Below are positions 1 to 11,979 of a stretch of 64,000 bases of DNA, piece by piece. How positions within the stretch are numbered: position 1 is the stretch's first letter; every line of letters starts with the position of its first letter. Under the pieces are notes generated by a model. It searched no databases and was not told where the DNA came from. It saw nothing but the letters and a program-made list of their open reading frames with translations. The position numbers and the translations under genes are program-made. The stretch is from a virus, in IMG/VR virus record IMGVR_UViG_3300046170_000524; one strand, written 5' to 3'.

Positions 1-468
1 TATGTTTCCCGCGAAATCGACATTTCCATCGTTATACGCTCGAAATATGCGTGTCCAAGTCCCTATATTAACAGGAGTTGAACCTGTGAGTGTGCTCGTC
101 CAAGTTTTTTCTAAGAAATTTTCATCTAAACCTTGAATAACCACATCTTGAGTATCTGACCCATCGGATGACACAATTTCCATAATCTCTCCACTATCAC
201 TTGGAAAAATATATTCATTTGATCCATCCCAAATTGTTTCGGGGCTACTGACTGATAACCCACTATTTTTGATACTTGGATTGCTACCAAATTTATGAAC
301 AAAATCGCTTGCTTGAGCAGTTATTCCTCCCGCATAGGAACCGCCACTTGTCATTGGAACCCATCTTGATATAGTTTGATCCCAAACATAATTAAATGGT
401 ATAGTAAAATTCCTGTGAGGGACTACATCCCCTAAGTCATCAAATTTTGGTTGGTCTACCATAAACAT
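1..468 (-). CDS. Conserved phage protein, partial (runs off window start), possibly virion-associated
   Basis: Hand-translated open frame from ATG at 468: MFMVDQPKF...ETIWDGSNEYIFP...DTQDVVIQGLDENF...RIFRAYN; GTGTAA immediately upstream. Confidence 0.6.
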   Translation of the reverse strand, partial: MFMVDQPKFDDLGDVVPHRNFTIPFNYVWDQTISRWVPMTSGGSYAGGITAQASDFVHKFGSNPSIKNSGLSVSSPETIWDGSNEYIFPSDSGEIMEIVSSDGSDTQDVVIQGLDENFLEKTWTSTLTGSTPVNIGTWTRIFRAYNDGNVDFAGNI

Positions 469-698
469 ATTTACACTTAATTATTGACAGAGCTATTTTT
501 ATTTGCTATACTATATCAATGATTAATTATATAATAAATTTTTTAATAATATTAGCTATAATAGCATTTAGTTGTTTATTAATGATAGAATTATGACAAA
601 GAAAATTTCAAATAATCAAAACGGCAAAGGTTCTGCACCTCGCAATAATACCTCAAAAGATTTTAGAGATAATTATTCTAAAATAAATTGGAAAAAGC

Positions 699-727
699 TT
701 GACAACAAAAAGAAAAAATAGTATCAT
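699..727 (+). promoter_or_regulatory. sigma70-type promoter, leaderless start
   Basis: TTGACA-17-TATCAT, 6 nt, ATG at 734. Confidence 0.8.
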
Positions 728-733
728 GTTTAC

Positions 734-919
734 ATGAAATATGTAGGTTCACCTCTTAATGTTTGGACACGAAAGCAAGTTCGTGAGGGCTTGAATTCCG
801 CCCGATCCTTGTCGAAACAACTTCAACTACCTTGTCTGATCAACCAAAAAAGACTAGAAAGTAGTTCGACTACTGCTATATCGGAGTTAGTCATGGATAC
901 TCTCCATGCAAATATTTAA
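734..919 (+). CDS. Hypothetical protein
   Basis: 61 aa ORF starting at promoter +1. Confidence 0.5.
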   Translation: MKYVGSPLNVWTRKQVREGLNSARSLSKQLQLPCLINQKRLESSSTTAISELVMDTLHANI

Positions 920-927
920 AATAAACT

Positions 928-1188
928 ATGAAAATAAAATTAGGATTACGAGGAAGCTCTGACGCAGTAAATCATATTTTAATTAAATTAGATGACCTCA
1001 CTTTAATGACCACTGAAAACTTATTTCTTGCAGGAGAAGAAAGCAGAAATAAAACAGGAAAAAATATTGTTGAATTATTTAATTGTTTATCACAAGAACA
1101 CGAAATATCAATCAAAGAAAACATAGCAAATGAAGCCGAGCGAGAGCTAGGGTTAAAAAACGGAGAATTTCAAAAATGGGCGAAATAA
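928..1188 (+). CDS. Hypothetical protein
   Basis: 86 aa ORF in operon-like spacing. Confidence 0.6.
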   Translation: MKIKLGLRGSSDAVNHILIKLDDLTLMTTENLFLAGEESRNKTGKNIVELFNCLSQEHEISIKENIANEAERELGLKNGEFQKWAK

Positions 1189-1195
1189 AAGAATT

Positions 1196-1558
1196 ATGGA
1201 AATATTAAAAATACTGCAACTTTTAATTGGCGTGTCTATCTTATATGTTTGGTTAATCAGATCCCATCGACCTTCTAAATTTAGAGTTGGCAATGCTCTG
1301 AACTTAAGAGAAGAGGTTGCCGAAGCTGGCTTGCCGAACTACATTTATGATTTTTCGAGAATTGTAAAGCCTATTTTTGCTTTTTTCTTAATTTTGGGTA
1401 TACTATGGAATCCAATTACATTGCCCTGCATGGCATTTACTACTATATTTATGATCGGGGCAGTATTTATGCACTTTCAAGCAAAAGATAGTTTATTTAA
1501 AATGATTCCTGCCTTGACATTGTTATGTTTTTGCTCTATAATTCTTTTTAATAGTTAA
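1196..1558 (+). CDS. DoxX-like membrane protein
   Basis: Several hydrophobic helices; MIGAVFMHFQAKD...PALTLL resembles the DoxX C-terminal motif. Confidence 0.65.
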   Translation: MEILKILQLLIGVSILYVWLIRSHRPSKFRVGNALNLREEVAEAGLPNYIYDFSRIVKPIFAFFLILGILWNPITLPCMAFTTIFMIGAVFMHFQAKDSLFKMIPALTLLCFCSIILFNS

Positions 1559-1563
1559 ATAAT

Positions 1564-1680
1564 ATGGATCAAATAACAGAACTATGGAACTTGCCTTGGG
1601 GCGATGGTTTATTATTAACTTTTATGTTAATGGCACTTTACACTTACAAGGTTTGGATAGACAACAAATTTAAAAAATGA
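1564..1680 (+). CDS. Small single-TM protein
   Basis: Hand translation MDQITELWNLPWGDGLLLTFMLMALYTYKVWIDNKFKK; stop overlaps next ATG. Confidence 0.55.
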   Translation: MDQITELWNLPWGDGLLLTFMLMALYTYKVWIDNKFKK

Positions 1681-1994
1681 AAAAGATTAGCTTATTACTG
1701 ATTTTAGTATTGACAGGATGCAATCATTCTGCTATACTCAAACCTGAAGATACAAAAGTATCTCGCTCCGCAGATATGCAAGAAGAAATAGATTATATTC
1801 TTGCGTTAGACGAAGCATACAAAACAGAAGAAAAAATGTATTTAGAAGAAATAAGAAAAGCTCAAATAAATGACGATGAAATTGCATTTCAGTTTTTTAT
1901 TAGAGAATATGCTAAAGTAAAAAGATTAGATCTACCTGATTGGATAAAGAAAGAACCTAATTATGTACAAGGGGGAGTAAATATAAAATATTAA
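1677..1994 (+). CDS. Putative lipoprotein
   Basis: MKK + hydrophobic stretch + lipobox LTGC. Confidence 0.6.
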   Translation: MKKISLLLILVLTGCNHSAILKPEDTKVSRSADMQEEIDYILALDEAYKTEEKMYLEEIRKAQINDDEIAFQFFIREYAKVKRLDLPDWIKKEPNYVQGGVNIKY

Positions 1995-2168
1995 AATGAT
2001 CGAAGATAATACAAAAATAAATAATTATATATTAATAAACACAGAGCTAAAACCTTCTTATGCTAGAATTAGTTCTGCAAAACTTTCTGAATATGAAGTC
2101 AGCGTAAAAAACAGAGCATTTAGAATGAATCAAGCAAACAAAAAATATATTTTAGAAAAGGATTGGAA

Positions 2169-2501
2169 ATGAAAATATCAATTACAACAGATAATAAAGT
2201 ATTTAGCGTTGAAGATGAACTCGGATTCGATTGCTCAACTATTCATGATGCGGTAGAAATGTTCAAAGGCTTACTCGTTTGTGCAGGATTTCATCCTAGC
2301 AATGTAGACGATGCGTTCAATACGGAATATACATGGTTTACCAAAGATGAAAGAAACGATAATATGCAAGGTCATTTAAATGGTTCAAATAAATTAGTAA
2401 ACGATTGGTATAGAGAATGCGAAGAAGAAACCGATGAACTTGTTAAACAAAGAGTAGAGAAATTTCAAGATGATTTATATAAACAATCATTAAAAGATTA
2501 A
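2169..2501 (+). CDS. Hypothetical protein
   Basis: ORF; ATG at 2169. Confidence 0.6.
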   Translation: MKISITTDNKVFSVEDELGFDCSTIHDAVEMFKGLLVCAGFHPSNVDDAFNTEYTWFTKDERNDNMQGHLNGSNKLVNDWYRECEEETDELVKQRVEKFQDDLYKQSLKD

Positions 2502-2504
2502 TAT

Positions 2505-2786
2505 ATGGAAATAGAACTAAAAGAAACAGATAATGGAGAATTATTTTTTCGCATACCCGAAGAAACCTTAAATAGGCTAGGGTGGAAAGAAGGAGATGAT
2601 TTAAAATTCGAAGAGAGAAAAGGTGCAGTTTTAATTCGCAAAGTAAAATATGAAAGCGTTGAGCTAGAGTTTGATGATGAAGAACTTTTAAAATATATGA
2701 AATTCGCACACGAATCAGGAATCACATTCAATCAACTCTGTGAAGACGCAATCAAAGCAAAATTAGATGAAATTGATTCTGAGTAA
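2505..2786 (+). CDS. AbrB/MazE/SpoVT-like DNA-binding protein
   Basis: IPEETLNRLGWKEGDDLKF...VLIRK is the swapped-hairpin signature. Confidence 0.7.
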   Translation: MEIELKETDNGELFFRIPEETLNRLGWKEGDDLKFEERKGAVLIRKVKYESVELEFDDEELLKYMKFAHESGITFNQLCEDAIKAKLDEIDSE

Positions 2787-2938
2787 AATATTATTTTATT
2801 TCGGCGATTTAATTAGTAAATTTTTATACTTTAATTGTTTTACTTTTCTATACCCCCTATATAGCAAAATAATGATTTTAAGTTCAGACCTTGATAAAGA
2901 TGGAAAAACATGGAAGGTAGTTAATAAAAGAAAATTAC

Positions 2939-3664
2939 ATGAGTAGTTATTTCCCTCAAGACAAAGAACCTGAAATTCCTCCAGATACTTGCCCGTATAT
3001 TAATTTCATACAAGATGTTTTAGATCAAATAAAAGACAAGCATAAAACAAAAATAATAGAACAGCAAATACAACTAATAAATGACACACTTGAATACATT
3101 AGAGACTCAAATCTATCTTTAAGAGAGTGCGGAAAATATTGGAAAAGAAAATTTGAAAATAAAGGAAAAAGAAAATGAATGAGCAGATGACAGAAGAAAT
3201 TAATTATCGTAAAGGTTATGATAAGGGTTGGTCGGACGCACAAGAATATCTTGCCAAAAAATTTGAAAAAATATTAAGTAAAAATTCACATCAATCTTAT
3301 GACAAGGGTTATGAAGATGGTGCAAATCAAAAAGATAATAAACCTTGCGTGTGTGGATTTTGGAATAAAAAATAAAATGAAACCAATACATAATACTAAA
3401 AATTGCAATTACAGAAGGTTCTTGCACAAAAAATTAAAACACGGCAAAATAAGCGGTAAGTTTTATAAGTTTCTTTATAGAAATTATCCCTATCGTTTGA
3501 CTGCTAGAAATGTAGAATTTATTGTCAGAGAAGTTCTTGATGGTAAAGTCGCAGAAGATAAAGCGATTGCTTGGTTGCAAAAAGATGACAATGAACTTAG
3601 AAGACAAAGAGAAATGGCAAAATCAAATTGGGAGTGCAGAAAAAAAACTCAATTTAATTCTTGA
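2939..3664 (+). other. Three small hypothetical CDS (2939-3178, 3175-3375, 3377-3664)
   Basis: Consecutive tightly packed ORFs on the + strand. Confidence 0.6.
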
Positions 3665-3695
3665 CATGCAACAGCTAATATGCTATCATTGATCT

Positions 3696-3968
3696 ATGCC
3701 TTATATAGCAAAATCAGAAAAAGATAAAGTAGATAAAGGTTTATTAGCCTTACATCTATCAGAACTTACTAACGCAGGAGCATTAAATTATGCGATTCAT
3801 CAAGTAATTGCACAATATATTTCGCAAAATAAAGAAAGCTACCAAACATATAATGATATTGTTGGAGTATTGGATTGTGCAAAAATGGAATTGTATCGCA
3901 GACTAATATCAGACTACGAAGAAAAAAAAATGACTCAAAATAAAGATGTACCTCCATACGATAAATGA
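3696..3968 (+). CDS. Conserved phage hypothetical protein
   Basis: MPYI...GALNY...YNDIVGVLDCAKMELYRR, a motif common in phages; promoter TTGACA(3661)-17-TATCAT-6-ATG. Confidence 0.7.
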   Translation: MPYIAKSEKDKVDKGLLALHLSELTNAGALNYAIHQVIAQYISQNKESYQTYNDIVGVLDCAKMELYRRLISDYEEKKMTQNKDVPPYDK

Positions 3969-4085
3969 AAGAAAAATTAAATGCAGTTAAGGATTTATTT
4001 GGGCTGGTAGGAGTATGTTTTTTGTTGACAATTTTCCAAATATGGTTCATACTAACAGGTAGAGAATAAATTTAAATATAAATAA

Positions 4086-7046
4086 ATGAACGAATACTTA
4101 TACAATATGTTAAAAAGTTCCGCTGAAGCGGATGTAGCAAAAGCAAAGTTGAGCCTCGACCTACTCGGAAATCACGCAGTAGGAATTGGAGATCACTCAA
4201 CAGAAGATTACTACAAGAATGCAGAAGAAGCTCTCTCGCTTCTAGCTGATGCACAAGATAGATTAGATAATCTCACAAAATTTTATGGAGAGTTAGATGA
4301 TTAGCCCTCTATCTATGCAAGAAGGAGTGATTTTTGGCGGTCTTAAAGATTTTGACTTGACAAATATTGCAAAACTGCTATTATGGAAGTCTAACGCAAA
4401 AGAGTTTACTCTAAAAGTCACGAAGGATATTGATGATTATCACATAAACATTGAAATAAAAGAAATTAAGCATGAATAAATTAGAAGAAGCAATGGGCAG
4501 AATGAATCATATCGAGCAAGATATAGAAGCAATGATATATGCAATCGGAGATTCTACTCGTAGATTTACAGAAGATGAGTTATTAAATATGTTGATTGGA
4601 ATGAATCAATTGCATAAAACTCGCTATGAAATGATGTGGCAAGAATACGAAGTTAATAAAAAGAAATACAATTCGCAATACGAAGAAGCAATAGCACAAT
4701 CTATATAATATGAATTTGCAAATAGACAAAGAAGTTGAATTACTTATTGTTGATAAAGCCTTATCGCACATAAAAAAAGTTGAGGTTAATCCTGATTTTG
4801 AAACTGATGGAGATAATTTTGACTATTGGAATAGCGTTCCGTTAAATAATGGAAGGTTTATTGACTATAATATTCACGAAGCAAACTTTGGAGAAGATTC
4901 TGATGATTATGAGTGGTTCTGTTCTGCATACGATGTTGACGAACCAAATGAAGAAAACGAATATCATCAAATAAATACCGATGTAACAAAACTTTTACTC
5001 AAATACAAAGACGGAGAAATAAAATATTATGATTGATTTTATTACATTATTAGTTATGATTATGTTTTTAATTTTTGCAGTAGATATTCTTACTAGCAGA
5101 AGATGAAAAAAGTAAGATTTAATTTATTAGAGATAAAAGACTTTTTTACAAATAAAGGTATTGAATTACGACATACTAAAAAACAAATAAGGAAAAGAGT
5201 ATCTTATAAATTTTGGCGACCAATTGTTCAGCAAGTGAGTTCAAATATAAATACATCCGAGCGAAATAATGTCTTACAAAAAATATGGAGAGAAATGGAT
5301 GATAGGCATTGTTTTCATACTATGACTCAATCTATTTATGATTTAGAATCTCTTGCTTTATGTACAGAAGATTATGACAATGGATGTTGGAGAGAAGAGT
5401 AGAAGATATGTATCATTTCATATGTTTGAAACATTTAAACCTAATTTTCAAAATAATATAATGGTTCAAGGTCTTTGGCATGAAGTTGCAGGTCAAATAA
5501 GATATGAAGCACTTATGGCAGAAGAAGACGATGGAACTCAATTAAGTTATCTTTTTCCTGAATTTGATCCTGAATCTGATGAATTTGACGATTATCCTAT
5601 TGACAAATAAATAAATACATGATATACTAAATACTATGAACGAAATAATAATGCAAACTTTGGAGTCTTTTCAAGACTCTCAGATTAATTTACAAAGCGA
5701 ATCTGCTCGCAAAATATTAGCAAATAAGTTAGAAGAAAATTTATTTAAACATATAAATGAACTTGTTGAAGAAGCGGTAAGCGTTATAACTAATTTAGAT
5801 TAATGAATAAATATAATGTCAATGATAAAATCAGTGTGACGATGCAAGCAATTAATTTAATTTACTCTCAAATAGAAAAATTAGACCCTTCCATCGAACA
5901 ATTAGACGAAATAAATAAACGACATGAATTATTAATTGACCAAGAATTATTTTGGAGCAAACAAGATAATCCGAAAAGATTTTTATATGACTTACAAGAA
6001 TTCGGTCATTGGTTATATGAATATTTAGACCTTAAAAAATACGAAAACCTAGATATAGATTTATGAATATGAAAGATACAAATAATTGGCAAATAGTTTC
6101 CGCAAGCGAAGTAGAAGAATTTTTTTACCAAGATACGGACGAAGTAGTAAATGAAGGAGATGCGGTTGGAATCGAAATAGACAACGGAGATTCAGTAGAT
6201 TTAGTTTTATTTGGGAATCTTTATTGGAGCGATCAGAATTTATACTAATTATGTGTAAATATTTATATGGTTATACCTACATTCAGAGATTTATTAAAAG
6301 GAAAATCATATAAAACTATCTTTAATCAGATATATAAAACTTATCTTAAAAAAGAAAAAGATCACAAGGTAATAGAACTTTCCCTTGATATACATAATTT
6401 AATAAAAAAAATAAGACAATCTCAAGAAAAAAATAGTATAACTAAATCATTCATCCTTACTGAACTAGAAGATGGCGAATATGATGCAAATTTTATTGAA
6501 GAAAAAAGCGATGAGATATTGCCATTAGAAAATCTAAAAGTGGAAGATATAATAAATTTAGAAGTATTAGCTCCACCAAAGTTAAATGAAATAGAAATAC
6601 TAGGGCATATTATTTGGCATTATTATGGCAGAACAAAAGGAAAGATTATATGAGTTTCGCATAGAATATATTAGCGGAAATTCAGTAGGACACAATTACC
6701 ATTATTATATGGCTCATAATGCAGAAGAAGCATTAGAATATCAACACGAAATGATGGATGCCAAACATTGGAATATTAAATTAGTAAAACTAGAAAGAAA
6801 ATGTCCATTCTCAAATAAATGGATTGACGAAAGTGATATACTAAATAATGAACATGGATGAATCAATAGTTGAACACATTTATTATGAGCGAGGCAAAAA
6901 CGACTCAAAAAATAATTGCTACAAAAAAAGATTTGCAGCTATGGCAAGATGGGTACGACAAAGGATTTGCTGATGCTCACGAAAAATTTGCAAAACTATT
7001 CGATAAAAAACTTTCGGAAATCCTTGAAGATAAAGACTTTACATAA
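4086..7046 (+). other. Run of small hypothetical early CDS (4086-4304, 4297-4479, 4472-4708, 4710-5036, 5103-5402, 5374-5610, 5636-5803, 5803-6066, 6063-6248, 6267-6653, 6625-6861 and a frameshifted ORF ~6851-7046)
   Basis: Contiguous ORFs with overlapping or adjacent start/stop; no recognisable domains. Confidence 0.6.
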
Positions 7047-7087
7047 AAAGCTTGACAAGTAGTTTTCGATTCTGCAATACTTTAAGA

Positions 7088-7501
7088 ATGAGCGGAGAAG
7101 CACATTCAGTATTTTTTAGAAGAACAAATAAAACACAAGAGGATAATTGGGAACTTTGTGAAATTTTTGAGAGGTGGATAATGAATTCACCTGTTAAGAA
7201 GCACATGAAGTTTTATCCCGACCATCTAGGTCAAGTTGAGCTTTACGAAAAAGGTGGAGAAAATGTACCTAAATGGATGGAAAAAAAATTGCGATTCGAT
7301 GGAACTTTCGAGTTGATGATTTCAGCCTACGAATCTTGGTATGAAGATGCAGACATATACGAATCTTTTGATCGAGCAGATAGTTTTGTTTCTTTAGCTA
7401 AAAAATTCGCAGAGCAATACAACCTAGAGTATTATTATGGGGGAATTTACGAATTGGTAGATGAACTTCAAAAAAAAGGCTTGACAACATCCGAAAATTA
7501 A
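7088..7501 (+). CDS. Hypothetical protein
   Basis: ATG at 7088 follows promoter with TTGACA at 7052. Confidence 0.6.
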   Translation: MSGEAHSVFFRRTNKTQEDNWELCEIFERWIMNSPVKKHMKFYPDHLGQVELYEKGGENVPKWMEKKLRFDGTFELMISAYESWYEDADIYESFDRADSFVSLAKKFAEQYNLEYYYGGIYELVDELQKKGLTTSEN

Positions 7502-7515
7502 TTTAGTTTAATAGC

Positions 7516-7740
7516 ATGACAGATTTTATTGCAGACATGAACGCTTCGATTGCGAAGCATGAAAAAGAGTTAGCATCACAACCTCGCAAGGGTATGATGG
7601 TTTATTTAGATAAAAGCACTCCAATTTTAGTTCAATACGCTAGTGCGGAGAGTTTTAATCAAGCAAAATCAATGACCTCAAGGAAGGGTCAATCAAGTTG
7701 CTTGCGGAATGTTTTAGATGGCAACGGAAGATTGCAGTAA
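7516..7740 (+). CDS. Hypothetical protein
   Basis: TTGACA(7481)-17-TAGTTT-6-ATG. Confidence 0.6.
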   Translation: MTDFIADMNASIAKHEKELASQPRKGMMVYLDKSTPILVQYASAESFNQAKSMTSRKGQSSCLRNVLDGNGRLQ

Positions 7741-7810
7741 CTTTTTTCTTGACAACCTTTTTAACCTATATTATAATAGAGTCTTGTTTAACAGAAAACC
7801 TAATTGAAAA

Positions 7811-10103
7811 ATGATAATTGAAAAAACACAAAAAACTATTGTTCAGTCACACGATTTTGATTCAGTAAATTGTACGATTGATGCAGAAGATATGCGTTAT
7901 GTTGCCTCGCTCTTGCGAAACAACTACTCTAACACTCGCCTTGCGGTTATTCGTGAGATTAGTGCTAACGCACTAGATGCGAATACAGAAGCAAATTCTA
8001 AGCGTAAGATTGAAATTGTATTGCCAAGCAACATGAATCCAACTTTTTCGGTTCGTGATTTTGGCGGTGGATTAAGCCAAGAAGATGTTTTTGGTTTGTA
8101 TTCTAAGTATGGCAAATCAACCAAAAGAGAATCGAACAATTATATTGGTGCATTTGGTATCGGTAAAGTTCGCTCCTCTTTCTTATGGAGATAACTTCAC
8201 TTGCGTATCCTATCATGGTGGAAAGAAAACATCATACAATATTTTTGTAGATGAACATGATGATACCAAGATTGTAAAATTACATGAAGAGAAATCTTCT
8301 GAACCAACAGGACTATCTATCGAAGTTGCAGTTGCAGAGTCAGATATTTCTGCTTTCAGAGAAGATACTGCAAAGTTCTTCAGATTCTTTTCGGATGAAG
8401 AGATGCCAAAGTTTCTTGGTGTTGAAGATAATTTTATCAATAAGAAAGAATTCGCATTGTCAAGCAAAAACAATGAATGGTTTTTTCCTTCAAGATGATC
8501 GCTACGATTACATTATGGTTATGGTTCTTCTCATATCATAATGGGTAGAGTTGCGTATCCTCTTGATCCGCAATCTATTCTAGTTGAGAATTTTCATCAA
8601 AGACGATTCAGAGAAAGTTAGATATTATTCGCAACTTACTTAAACAAAGTAATTTTTATCTGCGATTACCTTTAGGTGCAGTAAAATTGCATCATAGTCG
8701 TGAAGCATTAGAATACAATAAGTCAACGCAAAAAACTCTTGTGGAAGCATTAGTTAAAACTTGCGAAGAAGTACAAGCAATCGCAAAAGAAAAATTAGCT
8801 AATTCCGAAGACTTATGGGAAGCAATGAGAAACTATGCTAGAATTGTAAATTCAATGCCTCATCAAATGCGTTCTATTTTCGAGAATTCTTTCACATGGA
8901 ATGGGTTGCAAATTAATTCATCTTCTTTTTACAGAGGTCATCAAGACCATGAGGATTGCATTATTACGCAAACAGATCGAGAATCAGACAAAGATGCGAG
9001 AGATGGATTTAGGGTTCGTTCGCAGAAAACAAGTCGTGTTCATTGTCAAGATAATTCTTTATTTCTCATTCAAGATATTGAGTCTTCTCATGGCAACAAC
9101 TTGACGAGCAAGAACTCTATTCGCAGAAGATTCTGAACTAGAAACTATATTCTTTATCTATCCAAAAACTAATGCAATTAAACAAAGAATTTTGTATGAT
9201 GATTGGTGTTTTGACATGATAGACGAAAAGCATATTAGATATACTTCTCAAGTAGAAAAGCAAAAGCCATTGCGTAGTGGAGTACGCAAAAGTAATGGTA
9301 GTCGTGCAGACATTCAGCTATTTGAAATGAGAGATAAGGATTACATATATCGTAATGCAGACTATTGGAAAAGTGTTGATGAAGATATTTCTAAACTACA
9401 AGGCAAGAAAAAATCTGATGGATTAGTTGATGGAAAATTTATTTATGTTCCTATCAAAAATTACAAGATTGACATTGAAGGAGATGCTATTGATCTTGAT
9501 ATAATGCAGAAAAGAATGTTGTTCATTAGACAACACGCAGAAGAGAATTCGCAAGAAAAATCTTTTCGATTATTCGGTGTTCGCAGTGGAGATGTATCTA
9601 AATTAGATTCTGATTCTTGGGTTAGTATCACAGATTTTTATGTGCAATTCGCAAAGAATTACCTCAAGCAAAACCTCAAGCAAGCGAAGAAAGCGTACAA
9701 AGTAAGACTTGTAAATGATGATGGAAAGAAGCATGAGATAGCGAACCTTCAATATGATATTGGCAAGATTTTTAATAGTGCGTCTCTTCGCTTAACAGAG
9801 CATTTTGACAACAACCATATACTATGTCATGTACATGATGATATAAAGTCAATCGTGCATAATAACGCTAGTAGCGTGTGCGTGAAGTTGGTTAATTATC
9901 TATCAAGCAATCACAAAGATTGGCTACAATTCAATCTTGATAGTGGCTTTACTGCAAAGCAATTCTATAAAGATATTAATTCAATTAAAACAAAATATCC
10001 AATGCTAAAGTATGCTTGCAAAAGTGTAAATACCTATGGATCAAACGACAAGGAGACAAATGAAGATATTATCAACTATATTAAAGATTGTGACAGAATT
10101 TAA
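7811..10103 (+). CDS. rIIA: rIIA-like protein (N-terminal GHKL/Hsp90-type ATPase), broken by about five +1 indels that are probably sequencing errors
   Basis: YSN...AVIREISANALDA, VRDFGGGLS, YGKSTKRESNNYIGAFGIGK(F)APLSY; frames rejoin after removing single bases near 8166, 8485, 8592, 8612 and 9105; adjacent to rIIB. Confidence 0.85.
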
Positions 10104-10141
10104 CTTGACAACTATTCAATTATAAACTATAATTATTTACT

Positions 10142-11227
10142 ATGAAGAAAGTACCATATACATTAAGCGAAAATTCACTAACGATCTTTTGGGATGGCAA
10201 GCCATATACGCTTCGCAAAGATCATCCTAATTTCACTCTTGCTCGTAAAGCAATTTATGATGCTAGATACGAAGACCTTGGAGATTTAATTGACATTAAG
10301 AAGTCGGTAGAGAATTTTGTCGAAGGAGACATTGAAGTGCGTGACGAAGTAGTTTACTACAAAGGTCATAGACTACATGGTGTTGTTGTCGATAAACTTA
10401 TCGAAATGCTTCGTAACGGCATGAAGGATTCTGCTCCGCTTGTAAATTTCATTAAGCGATTGCAAGCTAATCCAAGTGCTAATTCTGTTAATGAACTCTA
10501 TACATTCTTGAGCTACAAATCATTGCCAAGTGATGAAGATGGTATGGTTTTAGGTTACAAGGGTGTTCAAGGTGACTATTGGTCACAAACAGGTAATGCG
10601 GATACTCTTGTATTACAAGGCAAGACTAATGGTAATCATCAAATCTTCAACGGAGTCGGAGAGACTATCGAAGTCGCTCGTAGATGTGTTGACGATAACA
10701 AGGACAATCATTGTTCTTTTGGTCTTCATGTTGGTTCATACGATTATGCTAATAATTGGGCAGGGCAAGATGGTAAATTACTTGTCGTTAAATTTGATCC
10801 ATGTGATGCGGTATCAGTTCCAACTGATTGTGACTTTCAGAAGTTGCGTGTTTCAAAGTACGAGGTAGTGGCAGACATTACCGATACTAGAGTAGAGCTA
10901 AATAGACCTGTCTACGAGGCTAATAAGCCTATCTATGGAAGCGTAGAAGATTCTGATTCAGATGAAGATGAGGGTTGTAGTGGAGATTGTGGTAGTTGCG
11001 ATTGTTATGATGAAGATGAAATGTCTTCAGATGCTTTAGCTATAAGAAATTATATAGAGAATAAACATGAGGATGGTGATTATCCAAGTCTAAAACAGAT
11101 TCAAAGCAGAATGAAAGGTTCTGAATTAACTTGTGGGGAAATACTTGACATTGTTACTGATCTAGGGTACTATGTTTGTGAAGAATTTGGTAGACCAAGA
11201 TCAATGTGGAGAGTAGAACCAATTTAA
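10142..11227 (+). CDS. rIIB: rIIB-like protein
   Basis: GYKGV, RRCVDDN...CSFGLHVGS, VKFDP.DAVSVP.D...KLRVSKYEVV motifs; consensus promoter TTGACA(10105)-17-TATAAT. Confidence 0.85.
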   Translation: MKKVPYTLSENSLTIFWDGKPYTLRKDHPNFTLARKAIYDARYEDLGDLIDIKKSVENFVEGDIEVRDEVVYYKGHRLHGVVVDKLIEMLRNGMKDSAPLVNFIKRLQANPSANSVNELYTFLSYKSLPSDEDGMVLGYKGVQGDYWSQTGNADTLVLQGKTNGNHQIFNGVGETIEVARRCVDDNKDNHCSFGLHVGSYDYANNWAGQDGKLLVVKFDPCDAVSVPTDCDFQKLRVSKYEVVADITDTRVELNRPVYEANKPIYGSVEDSDSDEDEGCSGDCGSCDCYDEDEMSSDALAIRNYIENKHEDGDYPSLKQIQSRMKGSELTCGEILDIVTDLGYYVCEEFGRPRSMWRVEPI

Positions 11228-11244
11228 TTAAAAGAAAAATTATT

Positions 11245-11496
11245 ATGAATAACACTACAACAAATACAAAGTTGCTTGATGTAATATCTCAAGCGAATGA
11301 AGCTCAAGTCGATTCAGTATGGGCAATCTTGAAATACAAAGAGATTGGTATTTACCGCAAGATTGCTTGTATGTGCGAAGTTCTCGGACTTGATCTTCAA
11401 GAAATTCTGAATGATTTACCACAAGATGAAGAAGGCAGAATCTTGGATTATAAGACTCGTCACATGATCCATGATACTCTTATTGGAGTCTCGTAA
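11245..11496 (+). CDS. Hypothetical protein
   Basis: ORF, TAATG overlap with the next gene. Confidence 0.6.
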   Translation: MNNTTTNTKLLDVISQANEAQVDSVWAILKYKEIGIYRKIACMCEVLGLDLQEILNDLPQDEEGRILDYKTRHMIHDTLIGVS

Positions 11497-11903
11497 TGAG
11501 TTTCACCAAGGCAAAGGCATTAAGCCTTTACTTGGGACTTAATAGAAATACTGAAGAATTCAGAAAGCAAATAATCGTTCAAGGGTTCAACGAGATAGAT
11601 CAAGGTAGTTATAAGTCAATTTACTCAAAAAATAAGTTGGGTTATGTTATCAAGATCGCTCGTTCCCTTAACGATGAATTTGCAAAGTTGCCAAGTAAAC
11701 TAAAAAATTTTTACATTAAACCATATTATATTGACGAAAGAATTGTGATACAACAAAGAGCAGATACAGAAAATTCAGAAGAAGCAAGAAACGATATAGC
11801 TGACTTAATTGGACAAGATTCTTGTTGCGATTACGATATTTGGGAAGGAAATTGTGGGTATCTAAATGGAGAACCTGTTATTTTCGATTTTGCCGAGATA
11901 TAA
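11496..11903 (+). CDS. Minimal protein-kinase-like protein
   Basis: GSYKSIY (Gly-loop-like), VIK (catalytic Lys), D.W..NCGYLNGEPVIFDF (catalytic loop and DFG-like). Confidence 0.45.
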   Translation: MSFTKAKALSLYLGLNRNTEEFRKQIIVQGFNEIDQGSYKSIYSKNKLGYVIKIARSLNDEFAKLPSKLKNFYIKPYYIDERIVIQQRADTENSEEARNDIADLIGQDSCCDYDIWEGNCGYLNGEPVIFDFAEI

Positions 11904-11979
11904 AACATTGATAAACAAAGACTTAAATTAAAAGAAAAAAACTCTTGACATTCCTTGCGAATCTGTCATACTTATAATC

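Noticed and set aside
7811-10103. rIIA split into several ORFs (pseudogene or programmed frameshifting)
   Set aside because: About five single-base insertions, four in short A/T runs, each restore a continuous rIIA frame, and rIIB is intact. This pattern fits read-consensus errors; check raw reads.
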